Of a DNA stretch of 55,736 nucleotides, positions 1 through 8,500 are shown in pieces (the first letter of the stretch is position 1; each line of letters begins with the position of its first letter). The stretch lies in the IMG/VR virus record IMGVR_UViG_3300047163_000162, positions 1 through 55,736 of that record. One strand, given 5' to 3'. The notes beneath the pieces were generated by a model. The model saw only the letters and a list, made by a program, of their open reading frames with translations. It ran no database searches and was not told the origin of the DNA. The translations under genes were made by a program, and so were the position numbers. The stretch comes from a virus.

Positions 1-127
1 CCTGAGTTTGTTAGAAAGTCCCCCAGAGGGGGTCGGTTTTTGTTAGCAGTCGTTACGAAATCCCGGTGGATAACTGGGATTTTGGGGCAAAACTCAGGAC
101 TTTTTTCCTAAGTTTGGTGCAAAAACT
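1..127. repeat. Terminal exact direct repeat, copy 1 (identical to 55610..55736)
   Basis: Bases 1-127 (cctgagtttgttagaaag...ggtgcaaaaact) recur exactly as the last 127 bases of the window. 127 is a common assembler k-mer length, so a circular-contig overlap is most likely. A true short terminal redundancy is not excluded. Confidence 0.95.
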
Positions 128-675
128 CGCAAGCTATGCGTCTAGCGTAATGAAAAATCCGAGTTTGGGGTAGTGGTGTAGGGGAGTTTTGCCGCCATAG
201 GCGGCAAAGTAGCGTTGCGCAAGCGTAAGGGAATGTATGGGTGTATGTGTACGTATAGTTGTGTGGATAGGTGGGTATGGCGAGTCTGGCGTCTGGCGAT
301 CCTTGGCCCGGCCACCCTTAGTCCCCGCGCATTGCCGTTTGGCCTATCCTGGCCCGTAGGACGCCTGCCACCGCCCTTGGTAGCTAAGGATGGCTTTGGG
401 CTACGGCGCGGCCTTAGCGGCCTTGCCTTGGCATGACCCCGCCTTGGCGCGCGCCACCTTATATATGTGTAAGCACGCATAGGGCGGGCTAAGGATGGTG
501 CCGCGCCAAGGGCGGCTTGTTGTCGCCATGGTGTGGCCCGCGCCCGCCCTTGCCCTTGCCACGGCCCATGCTTGGCGACTCCGCCCTTGGCGTTGCCCAT
601 GGTCGGCGTCCCTGGTGGATGCCTGGTATTGTTACATTCTGTTACAAAAATGTGTGCCAAGCTTGTGGGTTTAGC

Positions 676-706
676 TTGACAGTCTTTTCCGACTGGCGCA
701 TATAGG
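676..706 (+). promoter_or_regulatory. Candidate sigma70-type promoter for the + strand (late/structural) arm
   Basis: TTGACA at 676-681, then a 17-nt spacer and CATATA (699-704), or a 19-nt spacer and TATAGG (701-706). It lies about 40 nt upstream of the ATG at 746. A direct repeat TGTTACA x2 (630-636, 640-646) sits just upstream. Confidence 0.3.
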
Positions 707-745
707 TCGTGTGGCCGATGGGGCTGCAACAAACAGGAGACTAAG

Positions 746-1354
746 ATGATTAAGAAAGCAAAAGAAGAGGTCGAAACGATCTATGACGAATTGTCGGAAG
801 AAGCCCCGGCGCAGGAGTCGCCCGCCGCTGAAAGCCACGGTGCCGTTACTAGCATTGATACCTACTGCATCACGCTGGCGTTTCCCCCGGAAGATCGTGA
901 GTTTACTTTCCACGGCGCCAAGGTGGACGTGTCCTCCATCAAGCCGGAAGGTTTGAAATACCTAATCGGACTCGGTTTCACTACTTCCCTGACTCAGTGC
1001 AACGCGGGTCGGGCCACCGCGATGAAGGAAGAAGGTCTGCCACAGGCGGAAATCGACTCCACCCTGGCGGCAAACCGCGACGCGCGTTTGCAGAAAATTT
1101 GCGATGGCAGCATTGCCGCCAAAGGCGGTGGCACTGGTGGTGGTGGTGGCCCGCGCAAGGCGCTCGACGCCCGCTTGCTTGAAGACATGGCATGGGCGGG
1201 CTTGCAGGCGATTTATAGCCGTAATAAGGCCAAGCTACCCAAGCCCGGCGCGGAAAAGGCAAAAGCGATTGCGGATTACCTCTCCCTCCCGCACAATCGC
1301 AAGCGATGCGAACAGATGGTCGCGGCGATGATGGGCATTGGGGAGGACGCCTAA
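746..1354 (+). CDS. Hypothetical protein (202 aa), first gene of + arm
   Basis: ATG at 746 preceded by AGGAGA (735-740). Acidic N-terminus and an internal Gly run (GGGTGGGGGP). No family recognised. Confidence 0.6.
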   Translation: MIKKAKEEVETIYDELSEEAPAQESPAAESHGAVTSIDTYCITLAFPPEDREFTFHGAKVDVSSIKPEGLKYLIGLGFTTSLTQCNAGRATAMKEEGLPQAEIDSTLAANRDARLQKICDGSIAAKGGGTGGGGGPRKALDARLLEDMAWAGLQAIYSRNKAKLPKPGAEKAKAIADYLSLPHNRKRCEQMVAAMMGIGEDA

Positions 1355-1530
1355 TGCCGGGACAAAAATGTGGGGCTAATGCCCCGCCGCCCAGGCTTTC
1401 CCCGCGCGAACAGCAACGCCGGGCATGGGTTGACTCCGCACCTGCGCGGTGGGCGAGTCGCCACGAAGCGGAAGATGCGCTAAGTGTCGAGGCCGGGCGG
1501 GACTGGCGGATGTTGTTGGAAACAGACTAG
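1354..1530 (+). CDS. Small hypothetical protein (58 aa)
   Basis: ATG at 1354 overlaps the upstream TAA (TAATG), with GGGGAGGA just upstream. Followed by a hairpin cluster and terminator. The Arg/Pro-rich composition makes coding uncertain. Confidence 0.3.
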   Translation: MPGQKCGANAPPPRLSPREQQRRAWVDSAPARWASRHEAEDALSVEAGRDWRMLLETD

Positions 1531-1567
1531 CCCCTTCGGGGCTTGGGGCTTGGGGCTAGGGGCTTGG

Positions 1568-1598
1568 GGGACACTGGAAACAGTGTCCCTTTTCTTTT
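1568..1598 (+). terminator. Rho-independent terminator
   Basis: GGGACACTG-GAAA-CAGTGTCCC (perfect 9-bp stem, 1568-1589) followed by TTTTCTTTT. Confidence 0.6.
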
Positions 1599-1820
1599 GG
1601 CTGGCGCCGTGCGCCAGGGCGGCATTGCCCGGCTCAGCCGGGCGGGGGCATGGACCGAAAGGAAAATGAAAGGGAGAGGGATAAGGACCCATTCACACTG
1701 GAGGGAATTTTCCAATGTCCCACAAACTCGACGGGCTACGCCTGCCCCTCATCCCACATCGGGCCTTGCAGGGGCCCAATCCTGCCCAATCCTTGCCGGT
1801 GGCGTGCTAAACCTCCTCCC

Positions 1821-2408
1821 ATGACCCAAACCCTTTCCATCCTTTCCACTGTGGGCCGTAAAGCGGCCAAGCCGCCGGAGATTGTGGCCCTGAGGGAACT
1901 CAGCGACGAAGACCTGGATTTGGTTCTAAATCCGCCTCCAGCCCCGAAAGGGCCTCCAGGCGCCTCCTCGCTGGCCAAGCTTCGCAGCACGCATCACGCG
2001 CTTGCGCGGCTCATCGCCTCGGGCATAAGCATGACAGAGGTAAGTGAAATCTCCGGCTACACACCGAGTAGAATTTCAGTGCTCAAGGCTGATCCGGCGT
2101 TTGCGGAACTTGTGGCGTATTACCAGAGCCAGAATACAGAGGTTTTTATTGACGCTGCGACAAGGCTCAAGGCTGTTGGTTTGCTAGCTTTGGAGGAAGT
2201 GCATTCCAGGATCGAGGAAGAACCAGAGAAGATATCCTTTGGGCAGTTGCTGGAAGTTGTGAATTCGACAATTGGGCCAAAGGCCAAGGCAGGGGGCGTA
2301 GCTGCCGCAGGCGGCGGCGGCTCTTCTCCTGCTGTTGCTCTCAACATAACATTTACCTCTCCAACGCACAATGAATCTGGAGTCGTGGTGGAAGGAAAAA
2401 TCGAGTGA
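1821..2408 (+). CDS. HTH DNA-binding protein, possible small terminase-like subunit
   Basis: The ORF is open from 1650, but the first 57 codons are Cys/Pro-rich junk-like sequence. ATG at 1821 (MTQTLSIL) is taken as the start, with no clear SD. LIASGISMTEVSEISGYTPSRISVLKADPAFAELV is an HTH followed by the 'P.F..' pattern recalled from TerS N-termini. It is not adjacent to TerL. Confidence 0.45.
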   Translation: MTQTLSILSTVGRKAAKPPEIVALRELSDEDLDLVLNPPPAPKGPPGASSLAKLRSTHHALARLIASGISMTEVSEISGYTPSRISVLKADPAFAELVAYYQSQNTEVFIDAATRLKAVGLLALEEVHSRIEEEPEKISFGQLLEVVNSTIGPKAKAGGVAAAGGGGSSPAVALNITFTSPTHNESGVVVEGKIE

Positions 2409-2926
2409 AAAAATTAGCACTGTGGCTTCTGCTGGGCCTCGCTGCCCCAATGGGGGCCAAAGCACAGGCTGTTGTAAACCTTAACGCTCCACCTGTTCTC
2501 ACTAATGTAGGTAGCGGCGGAGTGCTTTATGAATACAACCTCGGTGGAGGTTTGCTTGTGCAACCGCTGGATGGGGCAGGCAATGTTGTTTCTGCTCTTA
2601 CCCCGCTTCCAGTGCAGTTGGAAGCAGGTGGGGGCGGAAGCGCCACTGTTAACCAAGGCAACGCTGGAGTAGCCGCTTGGCTGGTGCAGGATGCAAATAA
2701 TGCCAGTTTCTCCACGACGTTTCCAATGGCTGTGGGCACGTCTTATTCGGCTGTTCGCATGGTTCAGGTGGATTGCCCGTCTGTGGGTGGCGCGGTTGTC
2801 ATGGCGCTCGCCAGCGGCACAGAAACCCTTAATGTGCTGCCGTCCGCTCAAAGCCAGTTTTTTCCGTTCGCCGCCACGCAGATCGTTTCGACAACTGGAA
2901 CCTGCACCTTTACTGGGCTGAGATAA
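2405..2926 (+). CDS. Secreted protein (173 aa) with N-terminal signal peptide
   Basis: GTG start at 2405 overlaps the upstream TGA (GTGA), with GGAAGGAAA upstream. MKKLALWLLLGLAAPMGAKA/QA reads as a Sec signal peptide with an AxA site. Confidence 0.6.
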   Translation: MKKLALWLLLGLAAPMGAKAQAVVNLNAPPVLTNVGSGGVLYEYNLGGGLLVQPLDGAGNVVSALTPLPVQLEAGGGGSATVNQGNAGVAAWLVQDANNASFSTTFPMAVGTSYSAVRMVQVDCPSVGGAVVMALASGTETLNVLPSAQSQFFPFAATQIVSTTGTCTFTGLR

Positions 2927-2930
2927 AATC

Positions 2931-5408
2931 ATGAAAAAGATACTTTTTGCTTTATCGTTTCTGTTTTGGGCCTCTGTTGCTGCAGCGGTGCCACCAGCTT
3001 CGACACCGCCAACTTCAGCCGCAACGCCGATTGTAGCTAATGGCTCTAATCCTCTGGTGACGACATCCCTTGGCTTAAATACCTACAACACAAACCGCCT
3101 GTCCACTCCACTGCTCCGCGCTCCGGGGGCGTCGGATGACTCTACCCAAACTTACTCCCAGGGCTACATTGCAAATTTGCAATTTACCGCCAGCGGATCG
3201 TCAGGCAATACATACGCCAATTTGAGCATTGCCGCTCCAGCCGGAGTGACGGGCTGTACAACTGCTACGGTGACGCTGACTATATCGGGCGGCTCGATCA
3301 CAAACGCAGTGCCTAATGCAACCGGGACGTGTTACGGGCCAACACAAGTCCCAAAAGTAGTTGTTGCGTGCCCGTCATCTGCGTCTGGCACTTGTGCATC
3401 TCTAACTGCAGTCCCTAATGGGACTGGCGGGATAGGTTCTTACACCATCAATAATGGTGGGACTTTTTACGCAGGCACGCCCGGCGCTGCTGTTGCCTCG
3501 GCAAATGGGTGTATCGGTGCTGTTGGCCACGGCGCTCTGACATCCGGTGTTGTTTCGCAATGGGTGGTTGATTATGCGGGCTCGTGCTATATCGCCGCTC
3601 CTACGATCACTGCGACGACGGACGTTAACGCGGTTACGCCACCCGCTGCTCTTACTGTGGTCCCCACGCTGTGGAACTATCAAAACCAGCTATGGACGCC
3701 AAACAGCCTCTTGGCGGGATACGCATCGTGGTCAACCGTTGATATCAACAATGCCACGGGGCCAACAAAAACACCATATGCCTGCGCAATCGCGGGCGCG
3801 ACGTATTACGGGTGTTATGGCACCATTCTGCTCAACCCGAGCTACTCAGGGTACGCTTTTCGTCTAGTCCAAACCAACTCTTCTGCAACGTCTACGTCCA
3901 GTACGATTACAGCGACCACACTAACGGTCGGCGGAACCGTAACGGGTACATTTGCAGTAGGACAGTTGATCACCGGCATTGGCGTCACTGCAGGGACGTA
4001 TATTGTCTCAGGAAGCGGCTCAACGTTTACGGTCAGCAACAGTCAGACTGTGGCGGCGGAAGCGATGAATGGTTACGCCAGTCTCGATGTGCCGTTTATT
4101 GGAAATTACGCAAATTACGGCTTGGCCGACAGTTTTTCGGCCGCAGGCGGCGGCTCTTTCATATCTATTCTATACGATCAAAAAGGCGCTCAAAATTACG
4201 TCTACAACACTGTGGCAACGGCGCCTATTTGGACAGGCAACGTAATTGGCAATATTCGCCCCATCACTTTTGTTGGCCTCAACAGCCCCTCCACCATACA
4301 ATATCTTAGCAACAGCACTGCCAGCTACACACCGACCACAATGTCTGTCACGGCCCTCGGTATGCCGCACGGCACTCTGTTCGGGGCCAGCTACCTTTTT
4401 CTTCCAAACGGAACGCCGGGCAATACCACTCAATTTGAGTGGGCACGTGGGTCACAAATTGGCGTATTAGGGCCGGGGTTTGGCACAAATTTTGGTGCAG
4501 GTGTTTCCCCTGACACCGATTACTGGATAATCAACGGCACAAGCGCGGTAGTCGGCAACTCGCGGTATCAATTTATTCCTCGCAACACGTCAACCCCCGC
4601 TGCAACCGCAACGGGCGGAAGCATCGGTTATTCGGCGGATGCTGGCGGCATGATGCTTGGCGCTCTGATTATCCAAAATTCGGTTAATACGACTTCGATC
4701 CAAAATCTTGTAAACCAGGCTTTACTCTTAGAAAGTGGCGTGCAAACGCAAGCTTCTAATCTTGGAGTGGACGACGGGGATAGCCGGGTATGGGGATCAT
4801 ATGCATACGGGTTGCGCAATCAGACATACCAGATTGAGCCTCTGACGCCTACCATTCGCTGGTACAATACCGGAGTGCCAGGGCAGACATTGGCGACGAA
4901 AATTGGAGTCGGCGGCGGCGGTTACAGTCAATGGCTGCTTTATGTAGGAGATTTGTACGACGCGGGCGTCCGAAATTTCGTTTTCAATGACCAAGAGTTC
5001 ATCAATGATGCTGGTGCCAATGCGACGGCGGCGACTATCGAGGGTTACATTACTACCGAAGTCAGCTACGAAAAAGGTCTCGGACCCAATGTGCGTGTTG
5101 TCCTGCTGACGGAAATTGAGCCTTGCACATCGGGTATTGCCGGAACAGCCTGCCCGTCAGTAGGACGATTTACGCCAGCGCAGAACGCTGTAATTTTGGC
5201 GGTTAACGCATGGGAGCGTGCTAACTATGCAACTATTGGAGCCGATGCTGTTGCTGATTTAGACAATACACAAACTGATCCTTTACTGGCTGGATCAAAC
5301 GCCATGTACAATACAGTGATTTCGCCGGACGGGCTGCACTTTAACCCTCTTGGGTATGGGATCGCCGCTGCAATCGTGGCTAATGTAGACAATTCCGTTT
5401 TGCAGTAA
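2931..5408 (+). CDS. Large secreted or surface-active protein (825 aa) with C-terminal SGNH/GDSL-hydrolase-like domain
   Basis: ATG at 2931. MKKILFALSFLFWASVAAA/VP is signal-peptide-like. The body is Thr/Ser/Gly/Ala-rich. The C-terminal ~215 aa carry GVDDGDSRVWG (GDS block, about residue 615) and SPDGLHFNPLGYG (D-x-x-H block V). Confidence 0.75.
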   Translation: MKKILFALSFLFWASVAAAVPPASTPPTSAATPIVANGSNPLVTTSLGLNTYNTNRLSTPLLRAPGASDDSTQTYSQGYIANLQFTASGSSGNTYANLSIAAPAGVTGCTTATVTLTISGGSITNAVPNATGTCYGPTQVPKVVVACPSSASGTCASLTAVPNGTGGIGSYTINNGGTFYAGTPGAAVASANGCIGAVGHGALTSGVVSQWVVDYAGSCYIAAPTITATTDVNAVTPPAALTVVPTLWNYQNQLWTPNSLLAGYASWSTVDINNATGPTKTPYACAIAGATYYGCYGTILLNPSYSGYAFRLVQTNSSATSTSSTITATTLTVGGTVTGTFAVGQLITGIGVTAGTYIVSGSGSTFTVSNSQTVAAEAMNGYASLDVPFIGNYANYGLADSFSAAGGGSFISILYDQKGAQNYVYNTVATAPIWTGNVIGNIRPITFVGLNSPSTIQYLSNSTASYTPTTMSVTALGMPHGTLFGASYLFLPNGTPGNTTQFEWARGSQIGVLGPGFGTNFGAGVSPDTDYWIINGTSAVVGNSRYQFIPRNTSTPAATATGGSIGYSADAGGMMLGALIIQNSVNTTSIQNLVNQALLLESGVQTQASNLGVDDGDSRVWGSYAYGLRNQTYQIEPLTPTIRWYNTGVPGQTLATKIGVGGGGYSQWLLYVGDLYDAGVRNFVFNDQEFINDAGANATAATIEGYITTEVSYEKGLGPNVRVVLLTEIEPCTSGIAGTACPSVGRFTPAQNAVILAVNAWERANYATIGADAVADLDNTQTDPLLAGSNAMYNTVISPDGLHFNPLGYGIAAAIVANVDNSVLQ

Positions 5409-5441
5409 ATTTCGAGTAAAAAACCATGAGGAGTTACCCAG

Positions 5442-5630
5442 ATGAGCGAAACTACAACCGAACCAACCGCCAAACCAACGTATTTCGAGGCTCTGAAGGC
5501 CCATGTGCTGGAATTTGAGACTGGCCTGCTCCGTGATGCACATGACTTGGCCGTGAAGGCCCTGGAGGCCGAACACGCTCTGATTACAGATGCAGACGCG
5601 CTGATCGAGCGCATTCGGGTAAAACTCTAA
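5442..5630 (+). CDS. Small helical hypothetical protein (62 aa)
   Basis: ATG at 5442 with GAGGAG 8 nt upstream. The sequence is helix-like. Confidence 0.5.
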   Translation: MSETTTEPTAKPTYFEALKAHVLEFETGLLRDAHDLAVKALEAEHALITDADALIERIRVKL

Positions 5631-5666
5631 TGGCATCATTTAATTTAGGCTCCGCCCTCGGCACCA

Positions 5667-6233
5667 ATGCCAACTAGAGTAATATCTGGCCTTAAGTGGG
5701 CAAGGCAGTGCCCTCCAGTTTATCCTGCTGCTTTGGGCACCACACCATTGCGGCGAGCTGGGCTTGCCTTCGAGAAAAGCATTGCCAAGGCACTGCCACA
5801 GGTGGTGCGGGGTCCATGGTTCGGTTTTGAGGACGCGCGTGGGCGCGGCGTTTGCCAACCGGATTTTCTGCTGCTTACTGCCAGGGGCCTGCTCGTCTGC
5901 GAAGCAAAGCTGACATACACCAGCGCCGCCTGGACTCAGCTAGATCGGCTGTACATTCCTGTGCTCCGCTGGTGGTTAGACTACATCGTAGAGCGCCCGG
6001 ATTTACCCCTACTTGGTACGCAAATCTGCAACAAGATAACCTTTGGGGTCGAGTCGGTTGCGGTGCTGGATGATGTCACTGCTGACTGTCGCTGCGTGCA
6101 TTGGCTCGGCCATACCACACTCACCACACAAGCATTGCCGTTGCCGGAAGAATGGCTGGACAGGGCCTTACTTACACTGTACACCACTCCAAATACAATC
6201 CGGCCAGCTAAAATTAAAGGAAAAGCTCGATGA
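5667..6233 (+). CDS. PD-(D/E)XK nuclease-fold protein (188 aa)
   Basis: ATG at 5667. ..AFEKS.., ..CQPDFLLLTARGLLVCEAKLTY.. matches the E / hhhD / E-x-K arrangement of PD-(D/E)XK nucleases. Confidence 0.5.
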   Translation: MPTRVISGLKWARQCPPVYPAALGTTPLRRAGLAFEKSIAKALPQVVRGPWFGFEDARGRGVCQPDFLLLTARGLLVCEAKLTYTSAAWTQLDRLYIPVLRWWLDYIVERPDLPLLGTQICNKITFGVESVAVLDDVTADCRCVHWLGHTTLTTQALPLPEEWLDRALLTLYTTPNTIRPAKIKGKAR

Positions 6234-6577
6234 CAACGTTTGGAGTTCTTGACGGGGCGAAAATGGGAGCGGCTCTAGCTGACCAGATGGGGCCTTCGCT
6301 CCAGCCGTATGCCCTTTCCGCTGGCATTGTAAAAGTGCCGTTGAGCCTTACACCAGCAGCGGTCGCTGCTAACACCACAGTTGAGCAGTCGTTTTCGCTG
6401 CCAGGGGCGCTCCCTACGGATGGTGTGGATGTAACGCCCCCGGCTCTTACCAACGGCGTTGCGTGCGCTAACGCACGAATCTCCGCTGCGAACACACTCC
6501 AGCTTCAATTTGTGAACTCCACCTCTGGCTCGCTGACCCCGCCTGCTGGGGTTCACATTGTCAATCTCTTTCGTTAA
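6230..6577 (+). CDS. Hypothetical (structural?) protein (115 aa)
   Basis: ATG at 6230 overlaps the upstream stop (ATGA). Beta-rich and Ala/Thr/Ser-rich. Confidence 0.55.
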   Translation: MTTFGVLDGAKMGAALADQMGPSLQPYALSAGIVKVPLSLTPAAVAANTTVEQSFSLPGALPTDGVDVTPPALTNGVACANARISAANTLQLQFVNSTSGSLTPPAGVHIVNLFR

Positions 6578-6588
6578 GGAGCACACCC

Positions 6589-6813
6589 ATGGCACTCAAG
6601 CACAAGCAAGGGGATTATCGGGAGGATAATCTCTACGATGACACTAACGGGCCTTTTCCGGGCAAGGTAAATCGGACGGCACAGAGGATTCTCGATGGAC
6701 AGAGTCCTACGATTACTCCTGCCGTTCGGGCTGTTGCGGGTAAGGCGGACAAGCTCCAGGGGCCACATCTGAAAGAAAAGTACGACTACGGCAAGGGGCA
6801 TAGGGGCAAGTAG
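6589..6813 (+). CDS. Small basic hypothetical protein (74 aa)
   Basis: ATG at 6589 with AAGGAG 7 nt upstream. Confidence 0.5.
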   Translation: MALKHKQGDYREDNLYDDTNGPFPGKVNRTAQRILDGQSPTITPAVRAVAGKADKLQGPHLKEKYDYGKGHRGK

Positions 6814-7038
6814 ATGGCCAGGGGAATTTCTCAGTCTGGCCGGGATGTTGGCTCCGCATTGCGCAGCACCCGTGGGGTTAAAGACGGTTTCGAGGGCCGT
6901 GCAGTTGGGGGCAAAACCATAAACCCTGCTGTGGTAAAGGCTGGACTTGCTCCAGTGCCTGGCGTTGCCGTTAATGCCTTCCGACAAGACTACTGGACTG
7001 GCAACAGGCGGCAGCCGAAGAAAGAGTCTGAGTTTTAA
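6814..7038 (+). CDS. Small basic hypothetical protein (74 aa)
   Basis: ATG directly abuts the upstream TAG (TAGATG). Confidence 0.45.
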   Translation: MARGISQSGRDVGSALRSTRGVKDGFEGRAVGGKTINPAVVKAGLAPVPGVAVNAFRQDYWTGNRRQPKKESEF

Positions 7039-7053
7039 CTCTAGGAAAATCTT

Positions 7054-8469
7054 GTGGGTCAAACTGTTTCCAATCCACCTTCAGGCTCATTGCTTACGAC
7101 TGCGCCGCAGCAGTTTTTTGACTCGAATGGGGAACCCCTAGCTCTTGGCACAGTAACAGTTTATGTCGCTGGGACAACTGTTCTTGCGACAACGTACCAG
7201 GACCCGCTTCTCTCCATACCAAACACCAACCCGATAAACCTAAGCTCTGGTGGTTCCTGCACCATCTGGGGCCTAGGAAATTACACCCTAGTATCTCAAG
7301 ACTCCGCCGGTAATCAGATTGCCTCGCAGGAGGTCTCAGGTGGCATTTCTTCCCTTACGCTAGAGCTTAGCGGCACCGCCAATACCTACACCATAACAGT
7401 ACCGGGGCTTGTGACCACAGGGCTTGCAAATCCCCTGGGCCAGCTCAGCGGAATTATTCTTTTACTTGTGGCAAATGTTACAAACACTGGTGCCTCTGTT
7501 GTAAACTTAAACGGCTTTGGGAATGTCCAGATTCAGTACCCAAACACTAGCTCGTTAGTTGGCGGGGAGTTGCCTGCTGGAGCTTATGTTCCAGTAATCT
7601 ACAATCCTGGCCTTAATGTCTTGCAGTTGCTTACGGCCTCGACAACGACGGGAAGTAGTATTCCGGGGGAAATTCGGGCTTATGGTGGAAGCACGGCTCC
7701 AGCAGGCTGGGGGTTGTGCTACGGGCAAGCGGTGTCCAGGGCAACCTATCCAAGTACGTTTGCTGCGCTGGGAGTTGCATGGGGGGCCGGAAACGGCACC
7801 ACTACGTTTAATCTGCCCGATCTAAGAGGCCGAGCGCTTTTCGGTGTAGACGCCATGGGCGGCGCAGCCGCTAATCGCATAACTTCTAACTCCCTTGGAG
7901 GCACAGGCATAACTGGAGAGCTTTTCGCGGTCATGGGCAATCCTGTGACGGTGAGTGGAGTTACAACTTACTCGATTGTGAATGTTGGAATAAGCAATCC
8001 AGGGCAGGGCTACACGTCTGTCCCAGCTATCACCATAAATGCGGCATACGGTACTGGTGGAAGTATTACTGCATCTGTATTAAATGGAGTGGTAAATGGT
8101 TACACGCTTAACAATGGGGGAGGCGGATATCCGGCAAATGTGACGCTCACCTGTGCTGCTCCTTCAAGCTCTACCACGGCTATTCTGGGGGCGACCGGGG
8201 GAAGCGAAAATGTGCAGCAGCATTCGCATTCGATCAGTATAACAGATTCCGGGCATAACCATGCTACAAATGGAACAGCGTTGGGTGGTTCTGGGGGCAG
8301 CGGGTCAGGAGGAAGCGTAAGTGCTGGCACAAGCTATATGACAGAAAACGGCACATACGTGGCAGTAAATGAAACTGGAATAACCGCAACAGCAGCAAAT
8401 TATGGCACCGGTGGCTCGCAGAATCTCCCGCCAGCGGCTATTGTGAACTGGATTATCGCTTTAAGTTAA
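7054..8469 (+). CDS. Tail fibre protein with phage tail-collar domain
   Basis: GTG start at 7054. GEIRAYGGSTAPAGWGLCYGQAVSRATYPSTFAALGVAWGAGNGTTTFNLPDLRGRALFG is the classic tail-collar signature. The C-terminal QQHSHSISITDSGHNH has H-x-H repeats like the metal-binding fibre tips of T4 gp37 and P2 gpH type. Confidence 0.8.
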   Translation: MGQTVSNPPSGSLLTTAPQQFFDSNGEPLALGTVTVYVAGTTVLATTYQDPLLSIPNTNPINLSSGGSCTIWGLGNYTLVSQDSAGNQIASQEVSGGISSLTLELSGTANTYTITVPGLVTTGLANPLGQLSGIILLLVANVTNTGASVVNLNGFGNVQIQYPNTSSLVGGELPAGAYVPVIYNPGLNVLQLLTASTTTGSSIPGEIRAYGGSTAPAGWGLCYGQAVSRATYPSTFAALGVAWGAGNGTTTFNLPDLRGRALFGVDAMGGAAANRITSNSLGGTGITGELFAVMGNPVTVSGVTTYSIVNVGISNPGQGYTSVPAITINAAYGTGGSITASVLNGVVNGYTLNNGGGGYPANVTLTCAAPSSSTTAILGATGGSENVQQHSHSISITDSGHNHATNGTALGGSGGSGSGGSVSAGTSYMTENGTYVAVNETGITATAANYGTGGSQNLPPAAIVNWIIALS

Positions 8470-8500
8470 CCTCCACTATAACTTCTCGAAAGGAAAACTC

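Noticed and set aside
142-732. 196-aa ORF on the - strand, plus several 60-75-aa ORFs on both strands, in the junction-proximal region
   Set aside because: The composition is Arg/Pro/Ala/Gly-rich, typical of open frames in GC-rich non-coding DNA. There is no SD. The interval is full of iterons and hairpins, so it is treated as regulatory or origin sequence.
2414-2932. 172-aa - strand ORF opposite the small secreted-protein gene
   Set aside because: It is antisense to an ORF with a clear signal peptide and coupled start, and it lies in the + strand-only arm.
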